From Eledone cirrhosa (Eukaryota): a stretch of 64,000 nucleotides of DNA. Shown in pieces: positions 37,659-54,990 of the stretch (positions are counted from its first letter, which is position 1; each line of letters opens with the position of its first letter). Location: assembly GCA_964016885.1 (NCBI GenBank), contig OZ024740.1, positions 333,436,001-333,500,000 of the forward strand, read 5' to 3'. Under the pieces are notes generated by a model. It had not been told where the DNA came from. It did no database searches and saw only the letters and a list, made by a program, of their open reading frames with translations. The translations under genes were made by a program, and so were the position numbers.

Positions 37659-39004
37659 GATTAAAATACTTGAGTGCGTTGGAGTTATAGAAAATCTGAA
37701 ATATTTTCGTCCTGTCCGCATGCAATTTCTAAGTCCTTCTTCTATTATAGACCTAAAAACTCTGGTAGTTTAAACCGCATCCATTAGCTGCTATATTTCC
37801 TTATCTCTTTGGTTTTAGTTCATTATTATTACCATTATCAGTTTTCTACGGTTTTTTTGTTTTTAGTTTTCATAGTCTTTTTAGCTATCTTACCCTATCT
37901 ATCATCTTAACCATTATTACATTTTTGCTCACCATTGTCGCCTTATAAGTTTCTATCTTTATTTTCATCCCTGGTTTGAGGGTATCTTATTGAATAGTTT
38001 AATTTTAGTCTCCTACATCTAAGGCTAATGAACCTCGTCCTTTCTACACTTAATATTCGCCTTATTGATTATATATAAATTTTTACTTTTATGCTCCTTC
38101 CTACCGTCCATAGTCTCACTTCTTTCTGTTCCCATTGGTCTACCATAGTTTTATTTAGAGTTTTTTTTCTTTGGTAACGTTATTCGTCGGAACGGATCGT
38201 AATATATCCTGATAGATCTTTTAGCTTTTTTATTGAAATATCTTGATTTTATTCGACTTTGATGACTTGGGTTCTGTTCCGTGTGAAGTGACCCATGATG
38301 TCTTTTAAACAATTTTAGTATTAATTAATTTAATAAGGTTTTCAATTCAATTCTTTGATTTAGAATAGTAATATTATCTATATTTAACTAATGACTTGTA
38401 ACGCCTACGTGTCTGTGCTTGTTTTTGTTTTTGTTCTTCATTTTTATTTTATTTATTTTTTTACTACCACATGCTGTCTGTTTTCCTATCATCTGTTATT
38501 GTCTCCGGATATGTCTCCTTGTATTCATCGCGTAAATATGTCTTAAGCATTTTCCATTGATTCTGTGTGTCTGCCATTGTAATATTAACATGTCATATTA
38601 TTTTTATGTAATTGAATTATAAATATATGTCCGATATTGAGGTACTGTTTTGTAATATTTTATGAATTTGAACTGCCTATACCTCTGTATATTTATTGTC
38701 AATATTATATATATTTATATATATTTGTTCACCATACTTTATTTTTATTTGATATTTTTTCTTACCCTGTGAAAAACTTTATATACAATTTGTTGACCTT
38801 AAATGATACGTATGATGTAGTTTTATATATTTTTTAATGTCAGTATATTATTCTATTTTTTTGGTATTGTTTATGCAGACCGTCAGTGTGGTTATTCTAT
38901 TATAATGATTATTATATTATAACGTGTATATTTATATTTAAATATTTAAATAAGTGTTAGTATGTGTTTGTGTAAATGTGTATATATATATGGTATATAT
39001 ATAT

Positions 39005-39460
39005 ATATACAATATTAATAAATGGAAACTATATTTATAAAGCCATATTTATTTCATTATACATATTTCAGGGATACCAAATTAAATTATGGTATGCCTT
39101 CATCAGACAAAATACAATATATAACAGTTTTACAAATAAGCTTTGACGTACCCTATTAAAATGCAACCATTGTTTTTGGAAGCCATCCGGTTTCCAAAAA
39201 CAATGGTTGCATTTTAATAGGGTACGTCAAAGCTTATTTGTAAAACTGTTATATATTGTATTTTGTCTGATGAAGGCATACCATAATTTAATTTGGTATC
39301 CCTGAAATATGTATAATGAAATAAATATGGTTTTATAAATATAGTTTCCATTTATTAATATCGTATATCTACTCCAAATACTTGTCGAGTGCTTTATATC
39401 AGTTATACAAATATTTACTTGTTGTATCCCAACAATTTTCAATAGAACTTTTGCATATAT
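39005..39460. repeat. Near-perfect 360-bp palindrome of a hammerhead-bearing pLTR
   Basis: 39005-39181 is the reverse complement of 39192-39368. The CTGATGA-agg.atacca..tggtat.cct-GAAA motif lies at 39263-39315 (+) and 39057-39110 (-). Confidence 0.85.
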
Positions 39461-39464
39461 ATGA

Positions 39465-39658
39465 GTTGACATTCCACTCAGTGCTCCTTCGGGAGCCCCG
39501 ACATGGACACACTAGAAGAGGAAGACCAAGGTTAACATATGTTGATGCCCTAAGGACAGACACTGGTCTGTTGGAGATGCAGGATATGGCAGCGATAATG
39601 AGGGACAGAGACCGCTGGAGAGAACTCGTCCATGGATCTCGGGAATTTTACCCGCCTT

Positions 39659-39660
<2 letters not shown>
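39465..39660 (+). mobile_element. 3' terminal fragment of an RTE-clade LINE
   Basis: VLLREPRHGHTRRGRPRLTYVDALRTDTG...MRDRDRWRELV, the typical RTE ORF end. Confidence 0.85.
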
Positions 39661-39733
<73 letters not shown>

Positions 39734-40016
39734 GCTTTTTATTTCTTATTATCCATTATATTGTATTCTATATCATATTATAATTCTCACATTGTATTAC
39801 CATGTTGTGTTTTATGTATTTGTCTTATACTGTACTTTCAACGAGGGTTTGACATATTACTCGCTCTCTTGCCCTATAGTCTATATTTGCAAATGCACAC
39901 TTTTAACTTTAGCATATCTTTCCATGATGTCTTTCCTAAGTTTTCATAGATATAAAATCCCTGTTCTTCTGAGTTTTGGATTGTTCTGGCCGTTAATACT
40001 TCTTGTCTCTTTACTT

Positions 40017-40059
40017 GCTTTGACGAGTCGCTATTAATGGGACGAAACACTGTGTCAGC
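40017..40059 (+). ncRNA. Minimal type I hammerhead, U3 variant or decayed
   Basis: GCU / UUGACGA / GUC...GAC / GAA / ACAC-u-GUGU / C / AGC, followed by aataaa. Confidence 0.65.
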
Positions 40060-40112
40060 TAATAAAGACTTTTGATGTATTGAAGGCTTCTTTGTTTATT
40101 TTTTATAATTTT

Positions 40113-40197
<85 letters not shown>

Positions 40198-40200
<3 letters not shown>

Positions 40201-40879
40201 GGTGTGGACGATATTTGTTCGCGGGATTACTGTCTAAGAAAAAATAACACAGTAGTTTTATTTTTTAAGAATTATTTTATCAAACTTAGGTCAGTTTGTC
40301 TTCATGACTTGTTCTTTGTATCTCACGCGATAAACCCGCCATTGGCTTTGATGGCGGCCTCAAGCCGGCCCCGGAACCGGCTACAGGCCTTCGTCACTGT
40401 CCCCCGATTTAGGCTCCTAAAGGCACTTGTCTTCATATACCACCAGCCTAATGAGCTTTTCATCCACGCCTTTCTCCCTTGCAATGGCACGCATCCACTT
40501 GCTAGGTTCATTGTTGATGATATCCTGAACTACAGCGACGAACTTGGGCGTTCTGAAGGCATAAGATCGTCGATCATGTGTTTTCCTATCTAATGTTGCT
40601 TCGTAGTCGAATCCTGAATCTTCCAATTCCTCTCTGACCTTTTCAACCATTCTCCTGCTGACGCTGAGAAAGTCTGAAATTTCATTATTGGTCCTCCAAG
40701 AAGAACTCCGTGTCTCTTCCACAAATTTGGAGGTTCAAAATTATTCATAATCAATTATTCTGAAAATAAATAATGGAAATATGGTCACTGTTTTTATGAA
40801 GTCAGGAGTGATAACGGAAGTAAAAAACATTTGCATAAATTAGCAGTTGAAAATTGCTAACAATATCGTCCACACCCTG
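40198..40879 (-). mobile_element. Internally deleted Tc1/mariner (probably DD37D/maT-like) transposon
   Basis: TIRs CAGGGTGTGGACGATATT / AATATCGTCCACACCCTG within TA. The minus strand carries an HTH N-terminus (ISDFLSVSRRMVEKV...RTPKFVAVV...MRAIARE) joined to the C-terminus ACSRFRGRLEAAIKANGG; the catalytic domain is absent. Confidence 0.9.
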
Positions 40880-40911
<32 letters not shown>

Positions 40912-40921
40912 TATTCAAATT

Positions 40922-41022
<101 letters not shown>

Positions 41023-41365
41023 GCTTGTGTGTCTGTAACTATGTATGTATGTTTGCATACATGAAGGAATGAAGGAATACACAAAGTTTTATATTTAGTA
41101 GAATGTACAACCACTGATTCCAACTATTTGTATTATCGTATATTTTGGTTTCTAGTAATTACCTGGGGAATTGGTTTACCAAATGCTTTGTTTAATTGTT
41201 TAATTGTTTTATTTTTTATTTTATTCTTTCTCTTAGATTTCAGCGAAGCATTGGCCCCTAAAATACTACAGTGGGCTCTGCTATGCTGCTGTGGGTTCTT
41301 GAAATGTTACCGTGCGCCCCCTGTGGCCCATTTGCTAGTCCACTACAATATTTATATATATATAT

Positions 41366-41564
<199 letters not shown>

Positions 41565-43004
41565 ATATATAAGATCAAAAGATGGTTAAAAGAGTTCATG
41601 TATTTTATTATGCGCATTTCAAAAACATATATCATCATGCAATAACATTTGCGTTTTCGTCAGATAAAATAGGGAGACATGATATGAAGGTTAAAACACA
41701 CATATATATATACGTATACTTGGAAAATTAATAATAGATTTTGTCATTGAAGAAATATATCTGCAGCTTAAATTCATATGCTAAAATATTTGCATGGAAA
41801 TAAAGCTTTTGTAGATACACATATATCATTCCTTGTATATATCTCTACGTTTCTATCTCGCATTTAATTAGAAAGAGACATATTGATACCCAGGTTATTA
41901 TATTAGAGACAATCAACTCAAGCCGAGTACTAAACAAAGACACTAGTAATGCATTTCTGATTTTTGCACTTATGTATTAATTAATTCCAATTATGATTTT
42001 CACCTCTGTTAATCAATGGTCTAATTCTCTCCGAATTATGTCATTCAAACAAAGCATTAAAGTCTTAAAATATGCAATAACATGAAATGTGAATGACTTT
42101 AGCAAGTTTACATTGAATTTTAATTCTATAGAGAACAAAAGAAATATATTATTAAGAGAAGTGTAATTCTAAAAGCAAATGTTCATTCTCAAGTTCACTA
42201 GTCTGACATAATAAACCCCATTAAATAATTATAACAAAGTTTCTTTCAACATTAATACACCCGGGTACACAGACACTCTCTCTTTCTCTGCAACTCTGCT
42301 TCGCTCCCCTTCCTTATTCACAACCCCATATGTGTGTATGTGTGACTGTGTGTGTGTGTGTGTGTGTGTGTGTTTGTTTGTGTACGTGTATGTGTTGGTG
42401 TCAATATATATCAGTTTATTTAATTGTAGGTAATCATACACTACACCGGGCAAAACATTTAAAACGACATATATATAACTATGTATATATATATTATGTA
42501 AAGTGGTGTGAATTGGAGGAACGATTTCGGATTTATTCTGGAATTATATGGGACCTAGAACAGAATATAGCGGTAATAGACAAGATAAAGTTTAGATAGT
42601 ATGGTGAAAATAGTAAGTTTGTGCATCATCAAGAACACAGTTATAGTATTATTGCTTCTTTCTTTAGAATATTAATAACACTCCAGGCGTATGTAAAGAT
42701 GAGAAACTTGCAGTGATGCCAGGTAGAATAATCACTAAAGATAACAACCCAATTAGAAATAGCATTAGCAGCAGCAATTTCATTACAATTTACAATGTAG
42801 AAGTCCGCGTGAGTGCAAACTAAATAATCAGGTACCCATATGCAAAACATCGACACATATTAACACTTAACATGTCCAAGGATTTAGTGCCACAACGTTA
42901 AAACATCGCTTTTATAACCATAATGATTCCGAACGTCACGCACCGAGACCAACAATTATTAGAAATACTAGCAGAAAAACCACCCTTCGGGTGGTTTTTC
43001 TGCT

Positions 43005-43355
43005 AGCATGTGTAGTGTGTATATTGATATTATACGAAAAGTATATATGCATGTAGATATGATACATCAAATAAAATCGTAATTGACAATATACACAGAA
43101 ATTGAACGAAGACTGTGTTACACTCTCTTATATAATCAGAAACGTAATCCATGATACACTAAAAAAAGAGGATATTATATATCTGCTAGCATGTGTAGTG
43201 TGTAGTATTATACACAAGTATATATGCATGTAGATATGATCAAATAAGATCGTAATTGAAAATAAACACGGAAATTGAACGAAGACTGTGTTACACTATC
43301 TTATGTAATCAGTAACGTAATCCATGATACATTAAAAAGACGACATAATATATAA
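43005..43355 (+). repeat. About 180-bp tandem duplication
   Basis: ctgctagcatgtgtagtgtgt...atccatgatac occurs at about 43000-43180 and 43183-43355. Confidence 0.8.
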
Positions 43356-43749
43356 ACTGCATTAGGAGAAAATTAGTGACAGAAATATATGAATATTTAT
43401 TTAAATGAACGCTAAGCGGAAGTGTTGACTTTTGAAAATTTTAAAGAAGTGAATCTTTAAATAGATAACATATATTTAATGAACAGCCACGGTATTTAGT
43501 AGATAAATTATATAATATTCATTCATTATTTATTCAAAGTAATCCAACTTATTTTACTAAGGGGATAAACAATTATAAACCGTATGCACTCCCACGCTTC
43601 TTACTTCATTATAGTTTAGATTAATCCAAACATGGATGGGATTGCGTATGCACCTTACGCAAATTAAATATTAAGATATAACAAAACACAAAGTCATGTT
43701 GAGTAAAATTCGATACATTATACTCTATATAATGCAGAGAATTGGCAGA

Positions 43750-44048
43750 GTGATAATAATTGTTTCTACGTTTGGCACCAGTGTATTACTGGTACTTTAT
43801 TTTATCGACCCCGAAAGGATGAAAGGCAAAGTTAACCTTGGCGGGATTTGAACTGTGATAATAATTGTTTCTACTTTTGGCACAAGGTCAGCAATTTACC
43901 AGTGCATTACTGGTACTTTATTGTATCGACCCCGTAAGGATGAAAGGCAAAGTTAACCTCGGCGTGATTTGAAATCAGTCCGTAAAGAGACGTAACTGAG
44001 CTGCAAATCATGACGTACGACCCTATACCGATACTGGCAATTCACCAT
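43750..44048 (-). mobile_element. tRNA-derived SINE with tandem duplicated 3' half
   Basis: Reverse complement of the 9065 family; tatcgacccc..aaggatgaaaggcaaagttaacc is present twice. Confidence 0.85.
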
Positions 44049-47000
44049 GGATAGAATGCTTTCGTTATTCGTTCTGTCTGTTCAAATAATGTATTCGAAG
44101 ATAAAAACATACCAGTCTAGTAATGATGCCGAATATTCCCCGATATATTTTTCTCACATCTAATCCCTCACTCTCTATACTTTTGTTGACGAAATCTGCT
44201 GTATTCGGACCTGGAGAAGAGATGGATTATACCAATGTTCTTTTAATGCACTAAAAATGCTGTACAATATTACGGGGCCCCTACGAGCTCCTCATGACTT
44301 ACGGCACCGTGCATACGCGCATACTCTATGTATTCTGTATTTTATATTATATTATATTATATTTTGTATTTTATTCGTTAATGTTTTTATACCTTTATTG
44401 TTATAGTCATATTTATTGCTATACAAAACCTCGTTGATTTTAATAATTATCAATCCATATGGGATGGGGGTACTGTAATGTAAGCTACATCGGTATTCTC
44501 TTATCCACATTTCCATAGACATCTAAACTTATATAGTAATGAATCTGTACTTTACCTTCGAATCTAATTTTCTAGAGTAATTTACTCCTAGAATATTTTG
44601 TATCCGAATGCTTCCACCACAATAAATAAGTTAAATGAAAGACATACACACATACACTTGCATCAAACATTATTTCCTCTCCAAAATGTTGCACCACTAA
44701 TCCGGTCTAAAAGCACAAATTTTCGTCTATGCATCGCCTTCCCCATACACAACACCCTTCCACTCGCACACCCAAGCACATGAACAAACCCCAAGAACAC
44801 GAGGGAGCATCCACAAGCACACCCACTCACATGCACCAACACATGGATACAATAACACACCTCAGTAACTGCTCATGAACTCTCGCGAACCCTCGCTCAC
44901 AATTGCACACACGCATACACATATACACGTTCACACACACACACAGACACACACTGACCCCCAAGCCGCGCGCGGAGCTGATCAGTTACACACACGGCCA
45001 GCTAACACCACAAATACTCACAAACACCATATATGTTGACAGTATATGTGTCTGAGCCTTCGTACGCATCTGTTTATGCTTTTGTGCGAGTTGTAGTAAT
45101 ACGATTACTTTAACTAGTAAAAATTCCATACGACTATTTGAGTAGAAAATATAATCTCATCTTTTAAGGTTTTTCCTTGAGTCTCCTATGTTTATATTCT
45201 CATATGGAGAATTCATCCTCCGATGAGGCAACAATGGAGAAATATTTTACATATTTACTATAATTCTGTAAGTATTTATAGTACCTAAAATATCATGTAG
45301 CACTTCCCAGAAAGGCAAGTTCTTTGATCTAAGGCTTATGTATTTTAAAGCATTTGTGAACTATGAGACTAAAATATAAGTAATGAGGAAACGTATTTAA
45401 TATAGTGTAAACCTGTGTATGTATTGAAATATGGAATTGCATATATATAAAACTTCAGATACTTTCTCTTAATGACCATATGCGTTTTGTACATTGATTG
45501 CAAATAGCATTTAATAGTAAGATACTGGAACTGAGAATATATATTTATATGCAATGATTGATTCATTTATACTCAGATTATGTGTATTTGTTCATTAACT
45601 ATTGTAAAAGACAAATGGTTCTACTGTTCAAACGAAACCATTTTCAATTATCAGCCTAATTTGCTTCGTATTACTTACACAACCTCGAATATAGCAGTAC
45701 CCTCTAACACAATCACAATAATATCTTCACTTTATACTAACAATGTATTTCACAGGAATATGTTTATGAGTTATAAAATATGCTTCTTTTCTAGCTAACT
45801 ATCAGTCCAATAAGGTGTCGCTAGATTTTCACAAATTCCATAAACAGCGCCCTAAAATACCAAACAACACTTGTTTCTCGTAGGGAACAGTCAATGGTAA
45901 ATTGGTTATAAAAGATAACAATTTGTATATATCTTGTTTTCATTCACCTTTTGAACGTCCTGGTTAGAGTAGGAAAACAGTATGTATAGTATATTCATGG
46001 CGTTACTGAATGCGAGGGATTACGATTAGGCTTATAGAAAAAGTAGTTTTCCTCAACAAACTTTACACATAAATCAAGTACTTTTCGTGCATCTACGCTA
46101 GGACTTGTCTGCGAGTTAGTATAGCGAGGCTCATACATATCATGCAACAATCATACATTCCACGATACATGATACTCTGAAAATTTACTCCATCTGGGTC
46201 TATGATTTAAAATGAAAATATTTTTTTTCCTAATTTCTACTGAAATGGTAGGCAGATGGATACCATTCACGTATTCAGCTTTCCATGGTTTGAGAACTAA
46301 TGCCAGAGATCACTCAGCAATACCACGTGGCATGGACAACCCAATTTTTAAAATCCCACTTAGGATATGTCAAGTTTTTGCGTGTCCGTGTGTATGTCTG
46401 TGTGTATGAGTGTGTATGAATCTGAAGAGCGTAAAGAGATAAGTGGATGTTAAATATATGTATTTACATTATGACTTACCAGTCAACCAGTGTTCGTCTC
46501 ATTAAGCATGAATAAGCAGGAATAACATTTTCAGATGCGGTACAATTAGGTGTGGTGCCTTACATCTAGTGAAACTAATGGTTATGCAGATGTGGATATG
46601 TCAGTCTATTAGTAAACTTACACACACAAAATCATATATATATATGTGTGTGGGTGTGTGTGAATATATAATACATATAGTCACACAGATATTTATACAT
46701 ATGTACATCTATGTGTGTGATTTGATACAAGAAAATATATAACGAGGTTTGTTCATTTAGATATTTGGGCGTTCTAAAATGTTACACACTGTTCTTTTGT
46801 CCTATAAGCTCATGCGCATTCAAATAGAATGAGAGCAACGCCGTATGAACATCAATTGCGATTATATTATCAAAGGCAACGAAATAAAACCATAAGAATT
46901 GACAACTGTCTGGTCCACAGTACAGAACTTTATGGAAATGAAGTAACTTTTTCGTAATTTTGTTGCCATTGAAATCATCTGTGATATTTGGAATACAAAA

Positions 47001-48242
47001 AACAAAATATGATCGCCATCTATCGATATATTATTGCACACTATTATCAACAGACGTGTGTCGTGAATGTTCGAATAATCAATGAGAACATTCTTTTATT
47101 GCACATGACGTAAATTGACAAGATATTTGCAATAAATGCATAAAATAGCCGTATGTAATAATATAATGGGCAATGGAATTGTAAAGAGGAGTATTCCTAT
47201 GGAGTCTATATAAATAATATATAAGACATTTTAGTACAATTATTTTCGGATAGTTAGCAGGAATCGAAACGATAATGAAGGGAACAGTAAGAAGAGAACA
47301 GAAACAATAAAATAAATATGAAAAAACAAATTAATGAATCCTAAATTTCCCTACAAAAGATATGATAAAATCATATATGCATAGACAGGAAATACAGATA
47401 GGAATTGTTGTATCTGATAAAGGGATTATACATATTACGGATAGGAATAAATGATGTCGGCAAAAATATATATAGCACAATATCGGCAAACGAAAAGCTG
47501 GAATAAATTGAAGACTACTCAGTTCATGCATTTAATATTACATTTAATAAAATGATATATAAGTGTGGTGCAATTCGTTGCCCTCACCTATATTGCTACA
47601 GTTCTTAATGGGTACGCCTGCATAGGAGTGAAACTTGCATTGGCATCTACATTGTGCTAGGGCATATGTGGTCACTTTAATCTATCTTTATTGAATACAC
47701 TGTACTATGAGAGATATCTGGTGAAATACTTTCTTACAAGGGAAAGAAAGGACCCTGCCATGTTGATAGAAAATCAAGATAGTAAGGTGGGTTGTAGGGT
47801 TTGAACGTTTGAATTCTAGGCTTATCCTTGTTGGGGAGAGTGAATTGTATCTTATATTTTGGCAGAAGCTGCTTTTTTCAATGCATTATCGTAGACATAG
47901 ACGGCTCTGTCAATTAGATGCGTGTTGAAGAAAGTGGGTAAATATCAGGCTGCTAAAATTGTTCACTGTTTTGTGTTGATTTCTAAGGCGTTGTAGATAT
48001 ACTTTTTGCACTCGCTCGATAATTGGCTAGGTCTGTTTATGCCAAAATGTTAATTACTTTACAGATTTTATACGCGGTGAATCTTAGAAGAGAGTGTGGA
48101 AGAAAAATGTTAGTATAGAGATCAATCCCAATATCTTTATTTACTAAGCAAATTGTCTTACACTCACTTTTGGGTTCATGCGAATAGTCTTTGAACACAT
48201 TCTTGATAATATATATATATACATATACATATACACATACAC

Positions 48243-49380
<1,138 letters not shown>

Positions 49381-49909
49381 TGGTATTCAATTCTCATATC
49401 GTTTTTGATTGATATGGTGCATATATCGCAGCTATTCATATGTTTTAAACATTAGATAACGGTTGCTGATGTATATTGTACGACAGAATTAGCTGAAAAA
49501 TATTTTGAATGAACAAATAAAAGGAGATGTTTGTTGGTTGGTTCCTTCGCGTATCGCACGAAAAAAAAGGAAAGTGACAATCGGAAAGTATGTACAGGAT
49601 TGAGATAAGGGTATATCCAGGAAAGTTTATTGATAATAATTTTATAACACCAAAGAAGAAGAAAGACATACCTCGTATGCTAACCAACCTGACTGTTATT
49701 TCTAGCAGGTTGGGAATCAACTATAAGGGATTCTCTCTGCGAGTTCGTTGTCAGTGATGATCGTGTTTCGCGGCCTGTCTCCGATTCCAACAGTGGTTTA
49801 CACACACACACACACACTCACGCACACACGCACACACACACACACACACAGGCACACACATATACACACACACAAACACATACATATATATATATATGAA
49901 TATATATAT

Positions 49910-52570
<2,661 letters not shown>

Positions 52571-52634
52571 TAAATTTGTTTTATAAATAGAGACATAACC
52601 AGGAAAACCATACCTTATCAGATGGATATTCTCT

Positions 52635-52679
<45 letters not shown>

Positions 52680-52871
52680 TACATCTACCAAAAGTTTACG
52701 GTAGTGTCCAATCCGTATGAAGAACTCAATGTAATCCGGATATCATGAAAAGAAGAGATGCATTCAAAAACTACTTTCGGTGAAAAATAAACGGAAAACA
52801 GAGTCAAGATAAATTATAAAAAAAATAATGAATAAACAAAGAAACAGTTCCTTATATTAAACAAAAAATGT

Positions 52872-53010
52872 TCATTATTTTACGATCGTTTCTAGGACAT
52901 ATATGTGTTAGAATTGGTATGCATATTCTATAGATCTATGTACAATATTATGCAAACTATCAGAGGGAATATACATACCTTCACATATATATGCTGTCTT
53001 CAGAAATAAT
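52872..53010 (-). ncRNA. Type I hammerhead with about 104-nt stem II
   Basis: Reverse complement of 57148-57288. Confidence 0.78.
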
Positions 53011-54039
53011 TATGCTTGTTTATTGATAAGAACAAAGATTCAATACAACAGATCTGTTAGGGAACAGGTTTTGAATAGACAAATGAAATAGAGAATGAAA
53101 TATATAAAAATCTATCAAGAAATATAGTTAGATGTGTGTATATGTATGTAAATACGCTCACAGATGTGCATATATGTGTATGCTCATATGTATACGTATA
53201 GTGAAAAAGTGTGTGTAAATCTAAAATTTAGGGCCAATGTATCTGTATGTCTGTAATCTACAGACAGAATAGATACATCATAAGTATATGAATATGAAGG
53301 CGCGCGCATAAAAACGCCTACACACACGTACACTTAGATGCGGAAGTAAAAGAGGTAAGGGAGTGTAATAATTAAAGGAAAGTATCAATCTCGATATATT
53401 TATAAAAATGTAACAATAAATTAGAAAGAAAAAATTTTAGAAAGAAAAAAAAAAAAAAACTAAAGAAAAGACGACAAAAAAAAACGGGGGTACATACATA
53501 CATTGACACGCATGTCTCACAAAAGAAACGCAAAAATATATATGCTTATATACACACGCACACTTACACATCCATACGTTTGATACGTACATACACATAC
53601 ACACACACACATACTTACACTCACGCATATTGACCTGTTTGCATGCACACGCATAAAAATAAGTAAATCATATACCCATACATATATATATACCTAAATA
53701 TATATACATACATACAATGTACATATACAACCACACACACACACACACAGACACACATATATATATAGACATACACACACATATACACAGTCACACACAT
53801 ATACACATATATACACATATATACATATATCTACATATACATATATATATATATATACATATGCATTTTTACACTCTCATACATACACACATACATACAT
53901 ACACACTTATATATACATATACACATCCACGCTTACATATACATATAATTATTGGGGGGGGGGGATTAAATTTATTAGTGGGAAATAGTAAATATATAGG
54001 TTACAAGGAACATAGAGTCATAACCTGAAGTTAAAGCTA

Positions 54040-54990
54040 TATATGTGTTTACTTAATGGTATCAGTTTTAGGAAATGGTATTTGTAAGAAGGAAAGCCAA
54101 ATTATGTAGTTCAACATTAGTAGAATATTAATTATAGGTCAACTAAAATAAAAATAGTTTATATATTAATTTCTAAGGTGTATACTAATTAGGTTTATAA
54201 TATATAAAGCGGAATTATGTAGTTCAACAGTAGTAGAATATTAATTATAGTTTAACTAAATTAAAAATAATTACATATGTTTACTTGATGGTATCAGTTT
54301 TAGGAAATGATATTTGTAAGAGGGAAAGCCAAATTATGTAGTTCATTGGTAGTAGAATATTAATTATAGGTTAACTAAATTAAAAATAGTTAATATATTA
54401 ATTTCTATAGTGTATATTAATTAGATTTATAATATTTAAAGCAGAATTTTGTATTTTATCTGTAGTAGAATTTCAATTATAGGTTAACTAAATTAAAATT
54501 AATCTATATATTAATTTCTAAAGTGTATATTAATTAGATTTATATTTAAATGTTTTTCTCAGTTTATGATTACACGATATTTTGTATTTCATCTGTAGTA
54601 GAATTTTAATTATAAGTTAACTAAATTAAAATTATAGGTTAACTAAATTAAAATTAATCTATATATTAATTTCTAAATTGTATATTAATTAGGTTTATAA
54701 TATTTAAAAGTTTTTCTCCGTTTATGATTACACGATATTTTGTTGTATTTCATCTGTAGTAGAATTTTAACAATAGGTTAACTAAATTAAAATTAATCTA
54801 TATATTAATTTCTAAAGTGTATATTAATTACACGATATTTTGTATTTCATCTGTAGTAGAATTTTAAATATAGGTCAACTAAATTAAAATTATAGGTTAA
54901 CTACATTAAAATTAATTTATATATTAATTTCTAAAATGTATATTAATTAGGTTTATAATATTTAAATGTTTTTCTCAGTTTATGATTACA
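54040..54990. repeat. Minisatellite array derived from the Naiad ORF end and 3'UTR
   Basis: Repeated units ggttaactaaattaaaatt, gtatattaattaggtttataatattt and tttatgattacacgatatt. Confidence 0.85.

Noticed and set aside
37446-37773. Many ORFs of [16 protein letters not shown] or SLSL type across the window
   Set aside because: They are translations of dinucleotide microsatellites.
47560-48080. Possible old LINE fragment on the minus strand
   Set aside because: No diagnostic motif could be read with confidence.
54040-54990. CRISPR-like repeat array
   Set aside because: Eukaryotic context, no unique spacers and no cas genes; it is a tandem minisatellite.
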